This document shows, in pieces, positions 1 to 9,986 of a stretch of 64,000 nt of DNA (position 1 is its first letter; every line of letters starts with the position of its first letter). Below the pieces are notes generated by a model that ran no database searches, was not told the origin of the DNA, and saw only the letters and a list, made by a program, of their open reading frames with translations. The translations under genes and the position numbers were made by a program. Origin of the DNA: Aequorivita soesokkakensis (lineage in GTDB: Bacteria > Bacteroidota > Bacteroidia > Flavobacteriales > Flavobacteriaceae); contig JBEBRF010000001.1 in the NCBI GenBank assembly GCA_040394975.1, positions 448 through 64,447 on the forward strand. Reading direction: 5' to 3'.

Positions 1-533
1 TCCTTGTCCTTGGCAGTAAGCGCAGGAAGGGAGATATTTGTGTTGGGCAGGTTTACCCCTTTTTTGGAGCGCAGGGGCCCGCCTTGAATCACCATTACTT
101 TCACCGTGTCCTTTCGGTTGGTTTCCAGCACCTCAAACATCAACTTGCCGTCGTCCAGCAGGACGCGCTCCCCGGGGTTTACGTCTTTTGGGAAATTGGC
201 ATAGTTCATATAGACCCTTTCACGGGACCCTTCAAATTCGGCGCCGGTAACAAAGGAAAGCTCATCGCCCGGTTGCACTATCACTTCTTCCTTCATCACG
301 CCAACTCGCAGTTTTGGGCCTTGGAGGTCGCCTAAAATGGCCACGTTTATATCAAGTTCGGCGCTGAGCCTTCGGATGGTGCTGATTGATTTTTTCACGG
401 TTTCGTAACCGGCGTGTGAAAAATTTACCCTAAAAACATCTACGCCTTCCAAAATCATGTGCCGAAGGGTTTCTTCGCTGGAAGTGGCAGGGCCGAGGGT
501 GGCCACTATTTTTGTTCTTTTTTGATTTGACAT
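1..533 (-). CDS. pyk: Pyruvate kinase, N-terminal part (runs off the window)
   Basis: Manual translation from ATG at 533: MSNQKRTKIVATLGPATS...VFRVNFSH...DLQGPKLRVG. Not in the ORF track because it is truncated. Confidence 0.95.
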   Translation of the reverse strand, partial: MSNQKRTKIVATLGPATSSEETLRHMILEGVDVFRVNFSHAGYETVKKSISTIRRLSAELDINVAILGDLQGPKLRVGVMKEEVIVQPGDELSFVTGAEFEGSRERVYMNYANFPKDVNPGERVLLDDGKLMFEVLETNRKDTVKVMVIQGGPLRSKKGVNLPNTNISLPALTAKDK

Positions 534-1019
534 TTAATCGAAAATTAAATTGTTTTTTGATTTTATTTTATGCGGTTCCACCTCATAGGCAGAAGCGATT
601 TGATCGATATTGTTTATTTGAAATAGTAACGATTGCAGCGAAACCGTTTCAAAATCTGAATATACCTTGAGAAAAAAATCTATTTTTTTGAATTCTGGAA
701 GCAAATAATGTTCTTTTTCTGCACTGACTTCTGAAAATAGTCCGCCAGAGCTTTGCAAACTTGCCATCGCTATTCGGCATTTGTTGGCCACCAAATGGTA
801 CTGGCTGTATGTGTTGTCATCTACAAAATCATAGATAGGGAAGGTAACCATCATTCCCTGTGACAGAAAATCAATATCTACCCTTCTTCTTTTGAAGCGG
901 GTGTTGAGGTATTGATTGAAGAGGTAAGCCACTTTGTACTCTTCTTCGCCGCAATGTATGGCAATGAGGGTGAATGGCTCTTCAAAATCATCTCCCATAT
1001 CCAGTTTGTGGTGGGCCAT
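534..1019 (-). CDS. IPExxxVDY-family conserved Bacteroidota protein
   Basis: LLPEFKKIDFFLK motif and C-terminal KSKNNLIF; lies between rnc and pyk. Confidence 0.8.
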   Translation of the reverse strand: MAHHKLDMGDDFEEPFTLIAIHCGEEEYKVAYLFNQYLNTRFKRRRVDIDFLSQGMMVTFPIYDFVDDNTYSQYHLVANKCRIAMASLQSSGGLFSEVSAEKEHYLLPEFKKIDFFLKVYSDFETVSLQSLLFQINNIDQIASAYEVEPHKIKSKNNLIFD

Positions 1020-1154
1020 AGTTTTTTTACTTAGTTAGGGCAATGGCAGGTTTTGCTTGTCCGCGTATTTATACAAAAATACGCAACTTTAGAGGCAATA
1101 GCTAAGGAAGTTGGGCATGATGGGGACAATTAATGTAAAAATAACCTTGTGGGG

Positions 1155-1898
1155 TTAGGGCTTTTCGGAATCTATCTTTATCTGAAGTTTATAAAACGCT
1201 CTCTTTGCGGCGCGTTCTTCTGCCTTCTTTTTGGAGGTTGCCCGTGCTTTTGCCACAACTTCTTCCTCCAGCTTTAAGCGAATGGCGAAATGTTTCATCT
1301 CGTCCTTACCGGTATCTTCGTAGATTTCAAAATGGAATTGTTTTTTGTTTTTTTGGCACCATTCAATAAAGAGGCTTTTGTAACTGATTACCTTTCCTTC
1401 CAGTTTTTTGATATCAACATAGGGTTTTATCACCCTTTTTTGAATAAATTTTTCGCAATATTTAAAACCTCTATCCAGATAAATGGCGCCTACAAGGGCT
1501 TCAAAAACGTTGCCATAGATATTTCCGCTGAACTGTTGTGCGGGAACGGTAGTTTTTAAGAATTTGACCAATTGCAGATCGCGGCCCAGTTCGTTAAGGT
1601 GTTCGCGGCTCACCACTTTGCTGCGCATTTTGGTTAAATAACCTTCGTTGCCGTCGGGTACTTTTTTGAACAAATGGGCGGCTATAACGGCACCGAGCAT
1701 GGCATCGCCCAAAAATTCCAAACGTTCATAATTTTGAGGCTGTCCGCTGGGGTTTTTTTCGTTGGTGGACCGGTGGGTGAATGCGGTTCCATAAATGCTG
1801 AGGTCTTTGGGCTTAAACCCCAATATTTTTTTTAGGGAATTGGAAAATTCCCCGTTTTTGTTTGAACGGGTAGTGAATATGTTTTTAATGGAGGCCAT
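1155..1898 (-). CDS. rnc: Ribonuclease III
   Basis: NYERLEFLGDA signature, FEALVGAIYLD, C-terminal dsRNA-binding domain (SKKKAEERAA). Confidence 0.97.
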   Translation of the reverse strand: MASIKNIFTTRSNKNGEFSNSLKKILGFKPKDLSIYGTAFTHRSTNEKNPSGQPQNYERLEFLGDAMLGAVIAAHLFKKVPDGNEGYLTKMRSKVVSREHLNELGRDLQLVKFLKTTVPAQQFSGNIYGNVFEALVGAIYLDRGFKYCEKFIQKRVIKPYVDIKKLEGKVISYKSLFIEWCQKNKKQFHFEIYEDTGKDEMKHFAIRLKLEEEVVAKARATSKKKAEERAAKRAFYKLQIKIDSEKP

Positions 1899-1906
1899 TA
1901 ATTGTT

Positions 1907-3160
1907 TTAGGCATCAAGTTTTTTAAAGAGCACACAAGCGTTGTGCCCACCAAACCCAAAAGTATTGCTCATGGCCACTTTAATGTCGCGTTTTTGAGCT
2001 TTGTTTAGGGTAAGGTTTAAGGAAGGATCTATGTTTTCATCTACCGTTGTATGGTTAATGGTAGGAGGAACAATTCCGTGCTTCATTGCCAAAATGGAGG
2101 CAATGGCTTCAATGGCACCGGCAGCACCCAAAAGGTGTCCGGTCATGGATTTGGTGGAATTGATGTTTATGTCCTTGGCGTGTTCGCCAAAAACATTAAC
2201 AATGGCCTTCAGTTCGGCAACGTCGCCCAGTGGCGTTGAAGTTCCGTGGGTGTTTATTGCGTCCACTTCATCTGGGTTCATATTGGCATCGCGAAGGCAA
2301 TTCAGCATAACACGCTCTACGCCAATACCGTCCGGATGTGGCGCCGTCATGTGGTATGCATCGCTGCTCATACCGCCGCCAACGACTTCGGCATAAATTT
2401 TTGCGCCCCGTTTTTTTGCGTGCTCATATTCTTCCAAAATAAGCGCGCCCGCGCCTTCGCCAAGTACGAAGCCGTCACGGGTGGCATCAAAGGGCCTTGA
2501 TGCGGTTTCGGGACTATCGTTTCGTGTAGAAAGTGCGTGCATTGCGTTGAACCCGCCCATACCTGCAATGGTCACTGCCGCTTCGCTTCCGCCGGTAACA
2601 ATAATATCGCAATGCCCCAAACGGATATAGTTTAGTGCATCTATCATTGCATTGGCAGAGGAGGCACAGGCCGAGACTGTGGTATAGTTTGGCCCCATAA
2701 AACCATGTTTGATTGAGATATTCCCGGGGGCAATGTCCGCGATCATTTTTGGAATAAAGAAGGGGTTGAAACGTGGCGTTCCATCCCCTTCTGCAAAGTT
2801 TATTACTTCATCCTGAAAAGTTTCAAGCCCGCCTATTCCGGCTCCCCAAATCACGCCTACCCGAAATTTGTCCACATCGATGAAATCAATTCCCGCATCG
2901 AGAATGGCTTCATCTGATGAAACGAGGGCATATTGGGCAAAACGGTCAAGTTTTCGGGCTTCCTTTCTGTCAAAATAATCTTCTGCGTTGAAATTCTTCA
3001 ATTCGCAAGCGAATTTGGTTTTGAACTTTTCAGTATCAAAATACGTTATAGGCGCACAGCCACTTTTCCCGCTTACAAGGGCTTCCCAATATTCTTGAAT
3101 ATTGTTGCCAATAGGGGTAAGGGCACCAAGGCCTGTAACTACAACTCGCTTTAATTCCAT
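1907..3160 (-). CDS. fabF: 3-oxoacyl-ACP synthase II
   Basis: RVVVTGLG, SACAS (catalytic Cys), HGTST, GHLLGAAG, SNTFGFGGHN. Confidence 0.97.
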   Translation of the reverse strand: MELKRVVVTGLGALTPIGNNIQEYWEALVSGKSGCAPITYFDTEKFKTKFACELKNFNAEDYFDRKEARKLDRFAQYALVSSDEAILDAGIDFIDVDKFRVGVIWGAGIGGLETFQDEVINFAEGDGTPRFNPFFIPKMIADIAPGNISIKHGFMGPNYTTVSACASSANAMIDALNYIRLGHCDIIVTGGSEAAVTIAGMGGFNAMHALSTRNDSPETASRPFDATRDGFVLGEGAGALILEEYEHAKKRGAKIYAEVVGGGMSSDAYHMTAPHPDGIGVERVMLNCLRDANMNPDEVDAINTHGTSTPLGDVAELKAIVNVFGEHAKDININSTKSMTGHLLGAAGAIEAIASILAMKHGIVPPTINHTTVDENIDPSLNLTLNKAQKRDIKVAMSNTFGFGGHNACVLFKKLDA

Positions 3161-3170
3161 AGAAGAATTG

Positions 3171-3404
3171 TTATTTTGCTGCTTCTATATACGAAATTGC
3201 TTGACCTACCGTAGCAATGTTTTCAGCTTGGTCATCCGGAATTTGGATATCAAATTCTTTTTCAAATTCCATGATAAGCTCTACCGTATCCAAGGAGTCT
3301 GCTCCCAAGTCGTTAGTGAAGCTCGCTTCGTTTACAACCTCGTTTTCGTCTACACCTAATTTGTCTACGATAATCGCTTTTACTCGTGATGCAATGTCTG
3401 ACAT
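3171..3404 (-). CDS. acpP: Acyl carrier protein
   Basis: [11 protein letters not shown] phosphopantetheine attachment motif. Confidence 0.98.
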   Translation of the reverse strand: MSDIASRVKAIIVDKLGVDENEVVNEASFTNDLGADSLDTVELIMEFEKEFDIQIPDDQAENIATVGQAISYIEAAK

Positions 3405-3632
3405 AATTCTTGATTTTTAAATTTAATTATAAGTGGCAAAAATAAAATATTTTAATTGAAAACACCATTTAATGTTTAAAATGTGTGAATTTGCCGATTA
3501 TTCAAAACTCCACAATTTTAACGGTGAATGGAAAAACCAATTTAAACAATTTTGGGCGAAGTAAATCCCTATTGCCTTACTTTTGTATTTTATTTATTAA
3601 TATTTACTTCGGAAAAACTTTTGGAAACGGGA

Positions 3633-4205
3633 ATGAAGAAACGGATTGTAATTTTTGCGTCGGGGAATGGCACCAACGCCGAGAACATTATTAAATACTT
3701 TCAACGAACCCAATTTGCCGAGGTCGTTCTCGTGCTCTCAAACAAGAAGGATGCCAAAGTTTTGGAGCGTGCCGAAAATCTTCACGTTCACGCAATTTCA
3801 TTTACGAAAGAAGAATTGTTTTCCGAAGAATTCATTCTGAAAAAATTAAAAAAAATTGAGCCAGACCTCATTGTTTTGGCTGGGTTTCTATTGAAATTCC
3901 CTGAAATTATTTTGAAGGAATTCCCAAATAAAGTAATCAATATCCATCCCGCATTGCTTCCAAAATACGGTGGAAAAGGAATGTACGGCAATTTTGTGCA
4001 CGAAGCAATTTTGAAAAATAAAGAAGCTGAAACCGGGATAACCATTCATTATGTGAATGAAAATTATGACGAGGGCGCAATTATTTTGCAGAAAAAAATT
4101 GGCATTTCCGACAGTGATTCCGCAGAAACGATTGCAGAAAAAGTGCACAAACTGGAATACGAATGGTTTCCGAAAATAATTGAAGAATTACTTCGCAATG
4201 GCTAA
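3633..4205 (+). CDS. purN: Phosphoribosylglycinamide formyltransferase
   Basis: ASGNGTNA, LAGF, INIHPALLP, YDEG. Start moved to the in-frame ATG at 3633. Confidence 0.95.
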   Translation: MKKRIVIFASGNGTNAENIIKYFQRTQFAEVVLVLSNKKDAKVLERAENLHVHAISFTKEELFSEEFILKKLKKIEPDLIVLAGFLLKFPEIILKEFPNKVINIHPALLPKYGGKGMYGNFVHEAILKNKEAETGITIHYVNENYDEGAIILQKKIGISDSDSAETIAEKVHKLEYEWFPKIIEELLRNG

Positions 4206-4830
4206 AAAGCAGAAATTTTATGTGGTTTGGTTTGGAAATCCCGCGGGAATTTTTGGCAGTTGGGAAGAATGCAAACGTTCAATAGACGGCGTAAAAGGCG
4301 CACAGTACAAAAGTTTCGAAACGTTTGATGAAGCAAAAAAAGCTTATAATAAAGAATATGCAGATTATAAAGGAAAGACTGTAAAAAAAGCAATTTCCAA
4401 AGAACAACTTCAAAAAATAGGCGAACCAAATTTATATTCCATTGCTGTGGATGCGGCCAGTAGCGGCAATCCCGGAAAAATGGAATATCGCGGCGTGGAT
4501 ACACAAACAAAGAAGCAACTTTTCCACCAAGGCCCATTTCAGCAGGGCACCAATAATATTGGCGAGTTTTTGGCGCTTGTGCACGGATTGGCTTTTCTGA
4601 AAAAAAACAACAGCGATCGTATTATTTACAGCGATTCGCGGATAGCGATGGGCTGGGTGAAAAAGAAAAAATGCAACACAAAGCTGAAGCAGTCTGCAAA
4701 AAACAAAACGCTTTTTGAACTAATTGCCCGTGCCGAAAACTGGCTAAAGACAAACAAATACGAAACAAAAATCGTAAAATGGGAAACCAAAGCGTGGGGG
4801 GAGATTCCTGCGGATTTTGGGCGGAAGTAA
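4198..4830 (+). CDS. rnhA: Ribonuclease HI with N-terminal hybrid-binding (viroplasmin-like) domain
   Basis: KFYVVW..G..GIF.SWEEC domain, then VDAA, NNIGEFLA, YSDS, EIPADFGRK. Confidence 0.92.
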   Translation: MAKKQKFYVVWFGNPAGIFGSWEECKRSIDGVKGAQYKSFETFDEAKKAYNKEYADYKGKTVKKAISKEQLQKIGEPNLYSIAVDAASSGNPGKMEYRGVDTQTKKQLFHQGPFQQGTNNIGEFLALVHGLAFLKKNNSDRIIYSDSRIAMGWVKKKKCNTKLKQSAKNKTLFELIARAENWLKTNKYETKIVKWETKAWGEIPADFGRK

Positions 4831-4909
4831 AAGACTTTCAGGTTTTTATGAAATTTAATTTGTTTTTTTGCATATCTGAACCCAACTGTATCCTTTATGT
4901 TTGGAAAGG

Positions 4910-5212
4910 CTACAATAAACCCAACAGTTTTCTCGGATCTTGATGGCAGTTCCAAAAAAGAAGTATTTCTACCCTATTCCCAGAAACGCTATAAAAAATG
5001 GTGATTTGTTTCACTACCGGAACCTTTCTTATTTCCGGATCCTGCTCCCATGCCTGAAATGCGAAAGGGGTATATTTTAGAACATCACTGATTTCCTGGG
5101 TTTTTAAAATAAACTTATCCACTTCCTTTTGACTCCAATTATTCAGAAGAAATTCGATATTTGAAAGATAGGTTTTTTCGGCAGTACCGGAAACTATGAT
5201 TTTATAAACCAT
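4910..5212 (-). CDS. RelE/ParE-family toxin
   Basis: 100 aa with the ParE-like pattern (IIVSGTAEKTY...IRKVPV...IFYSV...VEILLFW..HQDP); overlaps the upstream gene by 11 nt. Confidence 0.8.
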   Translation of the reverse strand: MVYKIIVSGTAEKTYLSNIEFLLNNWSQKEVDKFILKTQEISDVLKYTPFAFQAWEQDPEIRKVPVVKQITIFYSVSGNRVEILLFWNCHQDPRKLLGLL

Positions 5213-5528
5213 ATTTTTCTTTGGATTCGTTTAGAATAAAATCAAAATCACGGTAATTGCCTGACTCTATTTCCTGTTTTGATTTTTTGAGCAACCTCGA
5301 AATCAGTTCCGCTTCATAAACCTCATTTTCATTGGGATAAAGATATTTTGAAAGTATTTTTACTTCTTTGCTTGTAAACTTTTTCTCTTTAATTTTTTTA
5401 TAAAAAAATCCGCGTTTTAAATTTAAAAGGTCTAAAAAAAACTGGACTTTATAGGGACTCTTTTTTATGTCCTCCCCAATGTTGTCAACCAATTCATCAT
5501 ATTTATTTATCAATTCAATTGTGTTCAT
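5202..5528 (-). CDS. Putative antitoxin
   Basis: Upstream of and overlapping the toxin; C-terminal LKKSKQEIESGNY tail resembles addiction-module antitoxins; very AT-rich. Confidence 0.65.
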   Translation of the reverse strand: MNTIELINKYDELVDNIGEDIKKSPYKVQFFLDLLNLKRGFFYKKIKEKKFTSKEVKILSKYLYPNENEVYEAELISRLLKKSKQEIESGNYRDFDFILNESKEKYGL

Positions 5529-5695
5529 ATATATTTATTTTTTGTTCATTATTATGACAAATATAATAATTGTATTTTAAATAATTTATAAGAATTAATG
5601 AGAAATTATATTTTGGAACGTCGAATAATCGCAGTACAAATTTTAATATTTGAACAACAAAACAGTATCTTTGCACCTCATTTCAAAAACCCTTT

Positions 5696-6619
5696 ATGAG
5701 CAAACTCGTAATTGTAGGCACCGTTGCCTTTGACGCCATTGAAACCCCTTTCGGGAAAACCGAAAAAATCTTGGGCGGCGCCGCCACTTATATAGGTTTA
5801 GCGGCTTCACAGTTTAATGTGGAAGGCGCCATTGTTTCAATTGTGGGGGGCGATTTTCCGAAGGAAGATCTGAAAATGCTGGAAGCGAAGAGAATGGATA
5901 TTTCAGGCCTGGAAGTGGTTGAAAACGGAAAGACCTTCTTTTGGAGCGGGAAATATCACAACGATATGAACACGCGCGACACCTTGATAACTGATTTGAA
6001 TGTGCTTGCCGACTTCAACCCAAAAGTACCCAAAAACTATCGAGATGCCGAAGTGGTTATGTTAGGAAACCTGCATCCGCTCGTCCAATTGAGTGTGATT
6101 GAACAAATGGATTCACCAAAATTGATTGTTTTGGACACCATGAATTTTTGGATGAACAGCACCTTAAACGAATTGATGGAAGTTATTTCAAAAGTAGATG
6201 TAATCACCATCAACGACGAGGAGGCAAGGCAGCTCTCGCGCGAATATTCCTTGGTGAAGGCCGCCCAAAAAATAATGACGATGGGGCCAAAATATATAGT
6301 TATAAAAAAAGGCGAACACGGCGCATTGCTCTTTGGCGATGACGATGTTTTCTTTGCCCCGGCCATGCCGCTGCGCGAGGTTTTTGACCCCACGGGCGCT
6401 GGTGACACTTTTGCCGGTGGCTTTGCAGGATATTTGGCCCGGACCGGCAATTATAGCTATAATAATATGAAGAACGCCGTAATAAACGGTTCGGCATTGG
6501 CTTCATTCTGTGTGGAAAAATTTGGAACCGAACGATTGTTGAACCTTACCAATAAAGAAGTTTACGAACGTATCCAGCAGTTCAAAAGCCTCACACAATT
6601 TGATATCAAGTTAACCTAA
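5696..6619 (+). CDS. PfkB/ribokinase-family carbohydrate kinase
   Basis: LGGAA near N-terminus, NDEEA, KKGEHG, DPTGAGDTF signature. TATCTTTG -7 element at 5666-5673. Confidence 0.93.
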   Translation: MSKLVIVGTVAFDAIETPFGKTEKILGGAATYIGLAASQFNVEGAIVSIVGGDFPKEDLKMLEAKRMDISGLEVVENGKTFFWSGKYHNDMNTRDTLITDLNVLADFNPKVPKNYRDAEVVMLGNLHPLVQLSVIEQMDSPKLIVLDTMNFWMNSTLNELMEVISKVDVITINDEEARQLSREYSLVKAAQKIMTMGPKYIVIKKGEHGALLFGDDDVFFAPAMPLREVFDPTGAGDTFAGGFAGYLARTGNYSYNNMKNAVINGSALASFCVEKFGTERLLNLTNKEVYERIQQFKSLTQFDIKLT

Positions 6620-6624
6620 GTACG

Positions 6625-6650
6625 CGCCCTGAAGTTTCAGGGCGTTTTTT
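6625..6650 (+). terminator. Intrinsic terminator after the PfkB gene
   Basis: cgccctgaa-gt-ttcagggcg followed by T6. Confidence 0.75.
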
Positions 6651-6677
6651 GTATATTTATATAGTTTCAGAAAAAAG

Positions 6678-8576
6678 ATGAGCGACGCGCTAAAACACGA
6701 ATGTGGAATTGCACTGGTACGGCTGTTGAAGCCCTTGGAATATTACAAGGAAAAATACGGCACGGCATTTTACGGGGTAAACAAAATGTATTTGATGATG
6801 GAAAAGCAGCACAACCGCGGACAGGACGGTGCTGGTTTTGCAAGCATCAAACTGGACGTTAAACCCGGGGAGCGCTACATCAGCCGTGTGCGTTCCAATG
6901 CAGCACAACCCATTCAAGATATCTTTTCGCAAATAAACGAGCGGATTAATCTTGAATTCAAAAGCCATCCCGAATACAAAGATGATGTTGCGGCGCAGAA
7001 ACGAAATATACCTTATATTGGAGAAGTATTCCTCGGGCATGTTCGCTATGGTACCTTCGGAATCAACAGTGTTGAAAACGTGCACCCATTTCTTCGACAA
7101 AACAATTGGATGCACCGAAACCTGATTATTGCCGGAAATTTCAATATGACCAATACCAACGAGCTTTTTGATAATCTCATCAAACTCGGCATGCACCCAA
7201 AGGAAAAAGCAGACACCGTGACTGTGATGGAACGGATAGGCCACTTTTTGGACGATGCCGTGAGCAAGCTATATAAAAAAGCCAAGGCCAAGGGGATGAA
7301 CAAACAAGAGGCGTCTCCTTATATTGCCGAAAACCTAAAAGTAACCAAGATTTTAAGAAAGTCAGCCTCCAATTGGGATGGAGGATACGCAATGGCTGGG
7401 CTGTTGGGCCATGGAGATGCGTTTGTGCTGCGCGATCCGGCCGGTATCAGGCCCGCATATTTTTATCAAGATGAAGAAGTAATAGTAGTAGCTTCCGAGC
7501 GCCCCGCTATCCAAACGGTTTTTAACGTGCCTTTTGAAGCGGTGAAAGAGCTGGACCCGGGGAATGCAATCATAATAAAGAAGGACGGGAGCATGAAAAT
7601 TTCCGAAATTCTATCACCCTTGGAACGAAGGTCGTGTTCTTTTGAGCGCATTTATTTTTCCCGCGGAAGCGACGCCGAAATCTATCAAGAGCGAAAAATG
7701 CTCGGAAAATTGATTATGCCCAAAATCTTGGAGGCCATAAATTTTGACACCGAAAATTCCGTGTTCTCATTTATACCCAATACTGCCGAAACTTCCTTTT
7801 ACGGCATGTTGGAAGCCGCACAGGATGAACTGAACAAACAAAAGAATGAAGCCATCCTAAAGGAACGGGAAACCCTGACCACAGAAAGGCTACAGCAAAT
7901 ACAAGCCCACAAAATACGCACAGAGAAAATTGCCATTAAAGACGTAAAACTTCGAACTTTTATAACAGACGACAGCAGTCGCGACGACTTGGTAGCACAT
8001 GTTTATGACGTTACCTATGGCGTTGTGAAGCCAACGGATAGTCTCGTGATAATTGATGACAGTATTGTCCGCGGCACCACTTTAAGAAAAAGCATCTTGA
8101 CTATGCTCGATCGATTACATCCCAAGAAAATTGTGGTTGTTTCTTCTGCGCCCCAAATAAGGTATCCGGATTGTTATGGGATTGATATGGCGCGGCTGGA
8201 AGATTTAGTGGCGTTTCAAGCGGCACTGCAACTTCATAAAGAACGTGGATCCTATGGCATAGTTGAGGAAATTTACCATAAATGTAAGGAGCAGGTTTCC
8301 ATGGAAGACGTCAATGTTATTAACCATGTTAAGAAACTGTATGCTCCATTTACGGATGATGAAATTTCTGATAAAATTGCAGCAATAATTAGCGATGAAA
8401 ATATCAAGGCAGAAGTGAAACTTATTTTTCAGTCCGTCGATGACCTTCATCAAGCGTGTCCAAAGAATCTTGGCGACTGGTACTTCACAGGAAACTATCC
8501 CACGGCCGGAGGCAATAGAGTGGTGAACCGGGCCTTCATTAATTTTTATGAAGGCAATACAGAGCGGGCTTATTAA
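6678..8576 (+). CDS. purF: Amidophosphoribosyltransferase (long Bacteroidota type)
   Basis: HECGI, QHNRGQDGAG, GHVRYGT, CSFERIYFSR, IIDDSIVRGTT, YPDCYGIDM. Confidence 0.95.
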   Translation: MSDALKHECGIALVRLLKPLEYYKEKYGTAFYGVNKMYLMMEKQHNRGQDGAGFASIKLDVKPGERYISRVRSNAAQPIQDIFSQINERINLEFKSHPEYKDDVAAQKRNIPYIGEVFLGHVRYGTFGINSVENVHPFLRQNNWMHRNLIIAGNFNMTNTNELFDNLIKLGMHPKEKADTVTVMERIGHFLDDAVSKLYKKAKAKGMNKQEASPYIAENLKVTKILRKSASNWDGGYAMAGLLGHGDAFVLRDPAGIRPAYFYQDEEVIVVASERPAIQTVFNVPFEAVKELDPGNAIIIKKDGSMKISEILSPLERRSCSFERIYFSRGSDAEIYQERKMLGKLIMPKILEAINFDTENSVFSFIPNTAETSFYGMLEAAQDELNKQKNEAILKERETLTTERLQQIQAHKIRTEKIAIKDVKLRTFITDDSSRDDLVAHVYDVTYGVVKPTDSLVIIDDSIVRGTTLRKSILTMLDRLHPKKIVVVSSAPQIRYPDCYGIDMARLEDLVAFQAALQLHKERGSYGIVEEIYHKCKEQVSMEDVNVINHVKKLYAPFTDDEISDKIAAIISDENIKAEVKLIFQSVDDLHQACPKNLGDWYFTGNYPTAGGNRVVNRAFINFYEGNTERAY

Positions 8577-8686
8577 TTCAGCACTAAATTTTAACAAGCC
8601 GCTTACCGTTTATCGGATACCCATCCCACTTAATCGAAATTGTTGATTAACACTATTTTACTGAACAAACTTAAATTATATTTGGA

Positions 8687-8763
8687 CTTACCATAAGGCG
8701 TAAGTAGGTTAGGTCTATGGTAAGATTTGGGGCAAAAAAGGTAGGCGAAAGCCTGCCTTTTTT
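8687..8763 (+). ncRNA. Candidate small RNA, copy 1
   Basis: TATATTTG (-7 box) at 8677-8684; cttaccata/tatggtaag stem; GATTTGGGGC linker; terminator aaggtaggc-gaaa-gcctgcctt plus T run. Paralogous to 9001-9076. Confidence 0.6.
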
Positions 8764-9000
8764 CATTTTCTTAATTTCCATCAACACATATACTGCCCAG
8801 CCCTTAGGTTTATTTTCGGTATTTTATTAACTCATTTACGCTTCGGTTTTATCAATCAAACAGTGTCATTAAAATGTTAAAATATCACTTTAGGAGTCGT
8901 TTTTTTTTATGAGAAACCCTTCAATTTTACTTTTTAACGAATAAACAAGTAATTCATCTAAAAGGATAATTTTGAATGGTTTAATGCAATATATTTGAAC

Positions 9001-9076
9001 ATACCATTAGCATAAGTAGGTTAAGTTCATGGTAGATTTGGGGCAAAAAAAGGCAGACTAATGTTTGCCTTTTTTT
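9001..9076 (+). ncRNA. Candidate small RNA, copy 2
   Basis: TATATTTG at 8990-8997; taccat/atggta stem with the same TAAGTAGGTTA loop; GATTTGGGGC; terminator aaggcagac-taat-gtttgcctt plus T run. Confidence 0.6.
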
Positions 9077-9238
9077 ATTTTCAACACTCTTCGGCCTTTA
9101 TCCTTGTTTGGATTGATTTATACTTATTGGATTCACCTTTCCGTTGTTTTTTTCAGTATGAAATATACTATGGCGTTTAAAAAAAAACCGCAGACCATAA
9201 TTAATCTGCGGTTGCAATTGATTATATATTGTGAATGT

Positions 9239-9847
9239 TTACTTGTTTGTGGAGTAGTTTGAGGATACTTCATCCCAATTGATGACATTCCAAAAAGCAC
9301 CAACATAGTCAGGGCGTTTGTTCTGGTATTTTAGATAATATGCATGTTCCCACACGTCCAAGCCTAAAATGGGAGTTCCGCCGCAACCCACGTTTGGCAT
9401 TAATGGGTTGTCTTGATTTGGGGTAGCGCAAACTTCCAATTTTCCGCCCTTATGGACACACAACCAAGCCCATCCCGATCCAAATTGGGTTTTTGCCGCA
9501 GTGGAAAATTTCTCTTTAAATGCATCAAAACTGCCAAAAGCGTCGTTAATTGCGTCTGCCAATTCACCCGAAGGTTTTCCGCCTCCATTGGGCGACATTA
9601 CTTTCCAAAAGAGACTATGGTTAAAATACCCGCCACCATTGTTGCGCACCGCCTTGTTTTCCATAGTAAGATTGGTGAGGATATTTTCAATGGATTTTCC
9701 TTCCATATCAGTGCCTTTAATGGCGTCGTTCAGATTGTTTGTATATCCTTGGTGGTGCTTGCCGTGATGTATTTCCATCGTTTCTGCATCAATGTGTGGT
9801 TCCAAAGCATCAAATGTGTATGGTAATTTTGGTAATTCGAATGACAT
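9239..9847 (-). CDS. sodA: Superoxide dismutase (Mn/Fe family)
   Basis: [47 protein letters not shown]. Start moved to 9847. Confidence 0.95.
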   Translation of the reverse strand: MSFELPKLPYTFDALEPHIDAETMEIHHGKHHQGYTNNLNDAIKGTDMEGKSIENILTNLTMENKAVRNNGGGYFNHSLFWKVMSPNGGGKPSGELADAINDAFGSFDAFKEKFSTAAKTQFGSGWAWLCVHKGGKLEVCATPNQDNPLMPNVGCGGTPILGLDVWEHAYYLKYQNKRPDYVGAFWNVINWDEVSSNYSTNK

Positions 9848-9986
9848 ATTTTTATGTTTTTTTTGGTTATTACTAAATTCCTTCAAATTTAATCAATCTT
9901 TAGTGGCAAAAGTGTTATAGCTTTTATAAGATTTCTATTCCTGTATAGTTTAAATTGATTTGTAATCTTTAAAATCATTATTTTTA

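Noticed and set aside
8717-8830. 37-codon ORF (MVRFGAKKVGESLPFF...) starting inside sRNA copy 1
   Set aside because: It runs through the terminator, and the frame is not kept in copy 2 (1-nt indel, stop after 10 codons).
8677-9076. Possible CRISPR array from the repeated units
   Set aside because: Only two imperfect copies about 313 bp apart, no regular spacers and no cas genes.
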